Part shown: in pieces, positions 63,056-64,000 of the stretch
Layout of the letters: each line of letters opens with the position of its first letter
Numbering within the stretch: the stretch's first letter is position 1
Source of the DNA: Monocercomonoides exilis PA203
Lineage: Eukaryota; Protista; Preaxostyla
Length of the DNA: 64,000 nt
Direction: 5' to 3'
Assembly: GCA_001643675.2 (NCBI GenBank)
Contig: LSRY02000031.1
Span: forward strand, 248,001-312,000
Position numbers and translations under genes: made by a program
Notes under the pieces: generated by a model
The model's input: the letters and a program-made list of their open reading frames with translations, nothing else
Databases searched by the model: none
What the model was told of the DNA's origin: nothing

Positions 63056-64000
<945 letters not shown>

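Overview
This is an AT-rich eukaryotic window with short GT-AG introns and the standard genetic code. The gene style (poly-Ser/poly-Glu tracts, a giant beta-helix/TM/pseudokinase protein) resembles an oxymonad protist such as Monocercomonoides; that assignment is inference. Positions 1-22 kb hold five host genes: a C-terminal Myb (TRF-like) gene, a CUE/DUF1771/Smr-like gene, a long coiled-coil gene, a giant Ser-rich multi-TM gene and a tandem tetraspanin-like 8-TM gene. From 22 kb onward the window is mostly mobile DNA and pseudogenes: four pogo-type transposons, several MITEs (one nested inside another), a Merlin relic and a structurally complete DIRS1-type tyrosine-recombinase retrotransposon. 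The DIRS element has ITRs, an ICR, a 3-nt core, gag, RT-RH-MT and YR, and carries a co-oriented, intronless DD35D transposase between its ICR and 3' ITR. Other highlights are a possible 6-kb Pack-type TIR element and a near-identical inverted duplication whose two arms show the filled and empty site of an intact pogo in a (TTTA)n tract.
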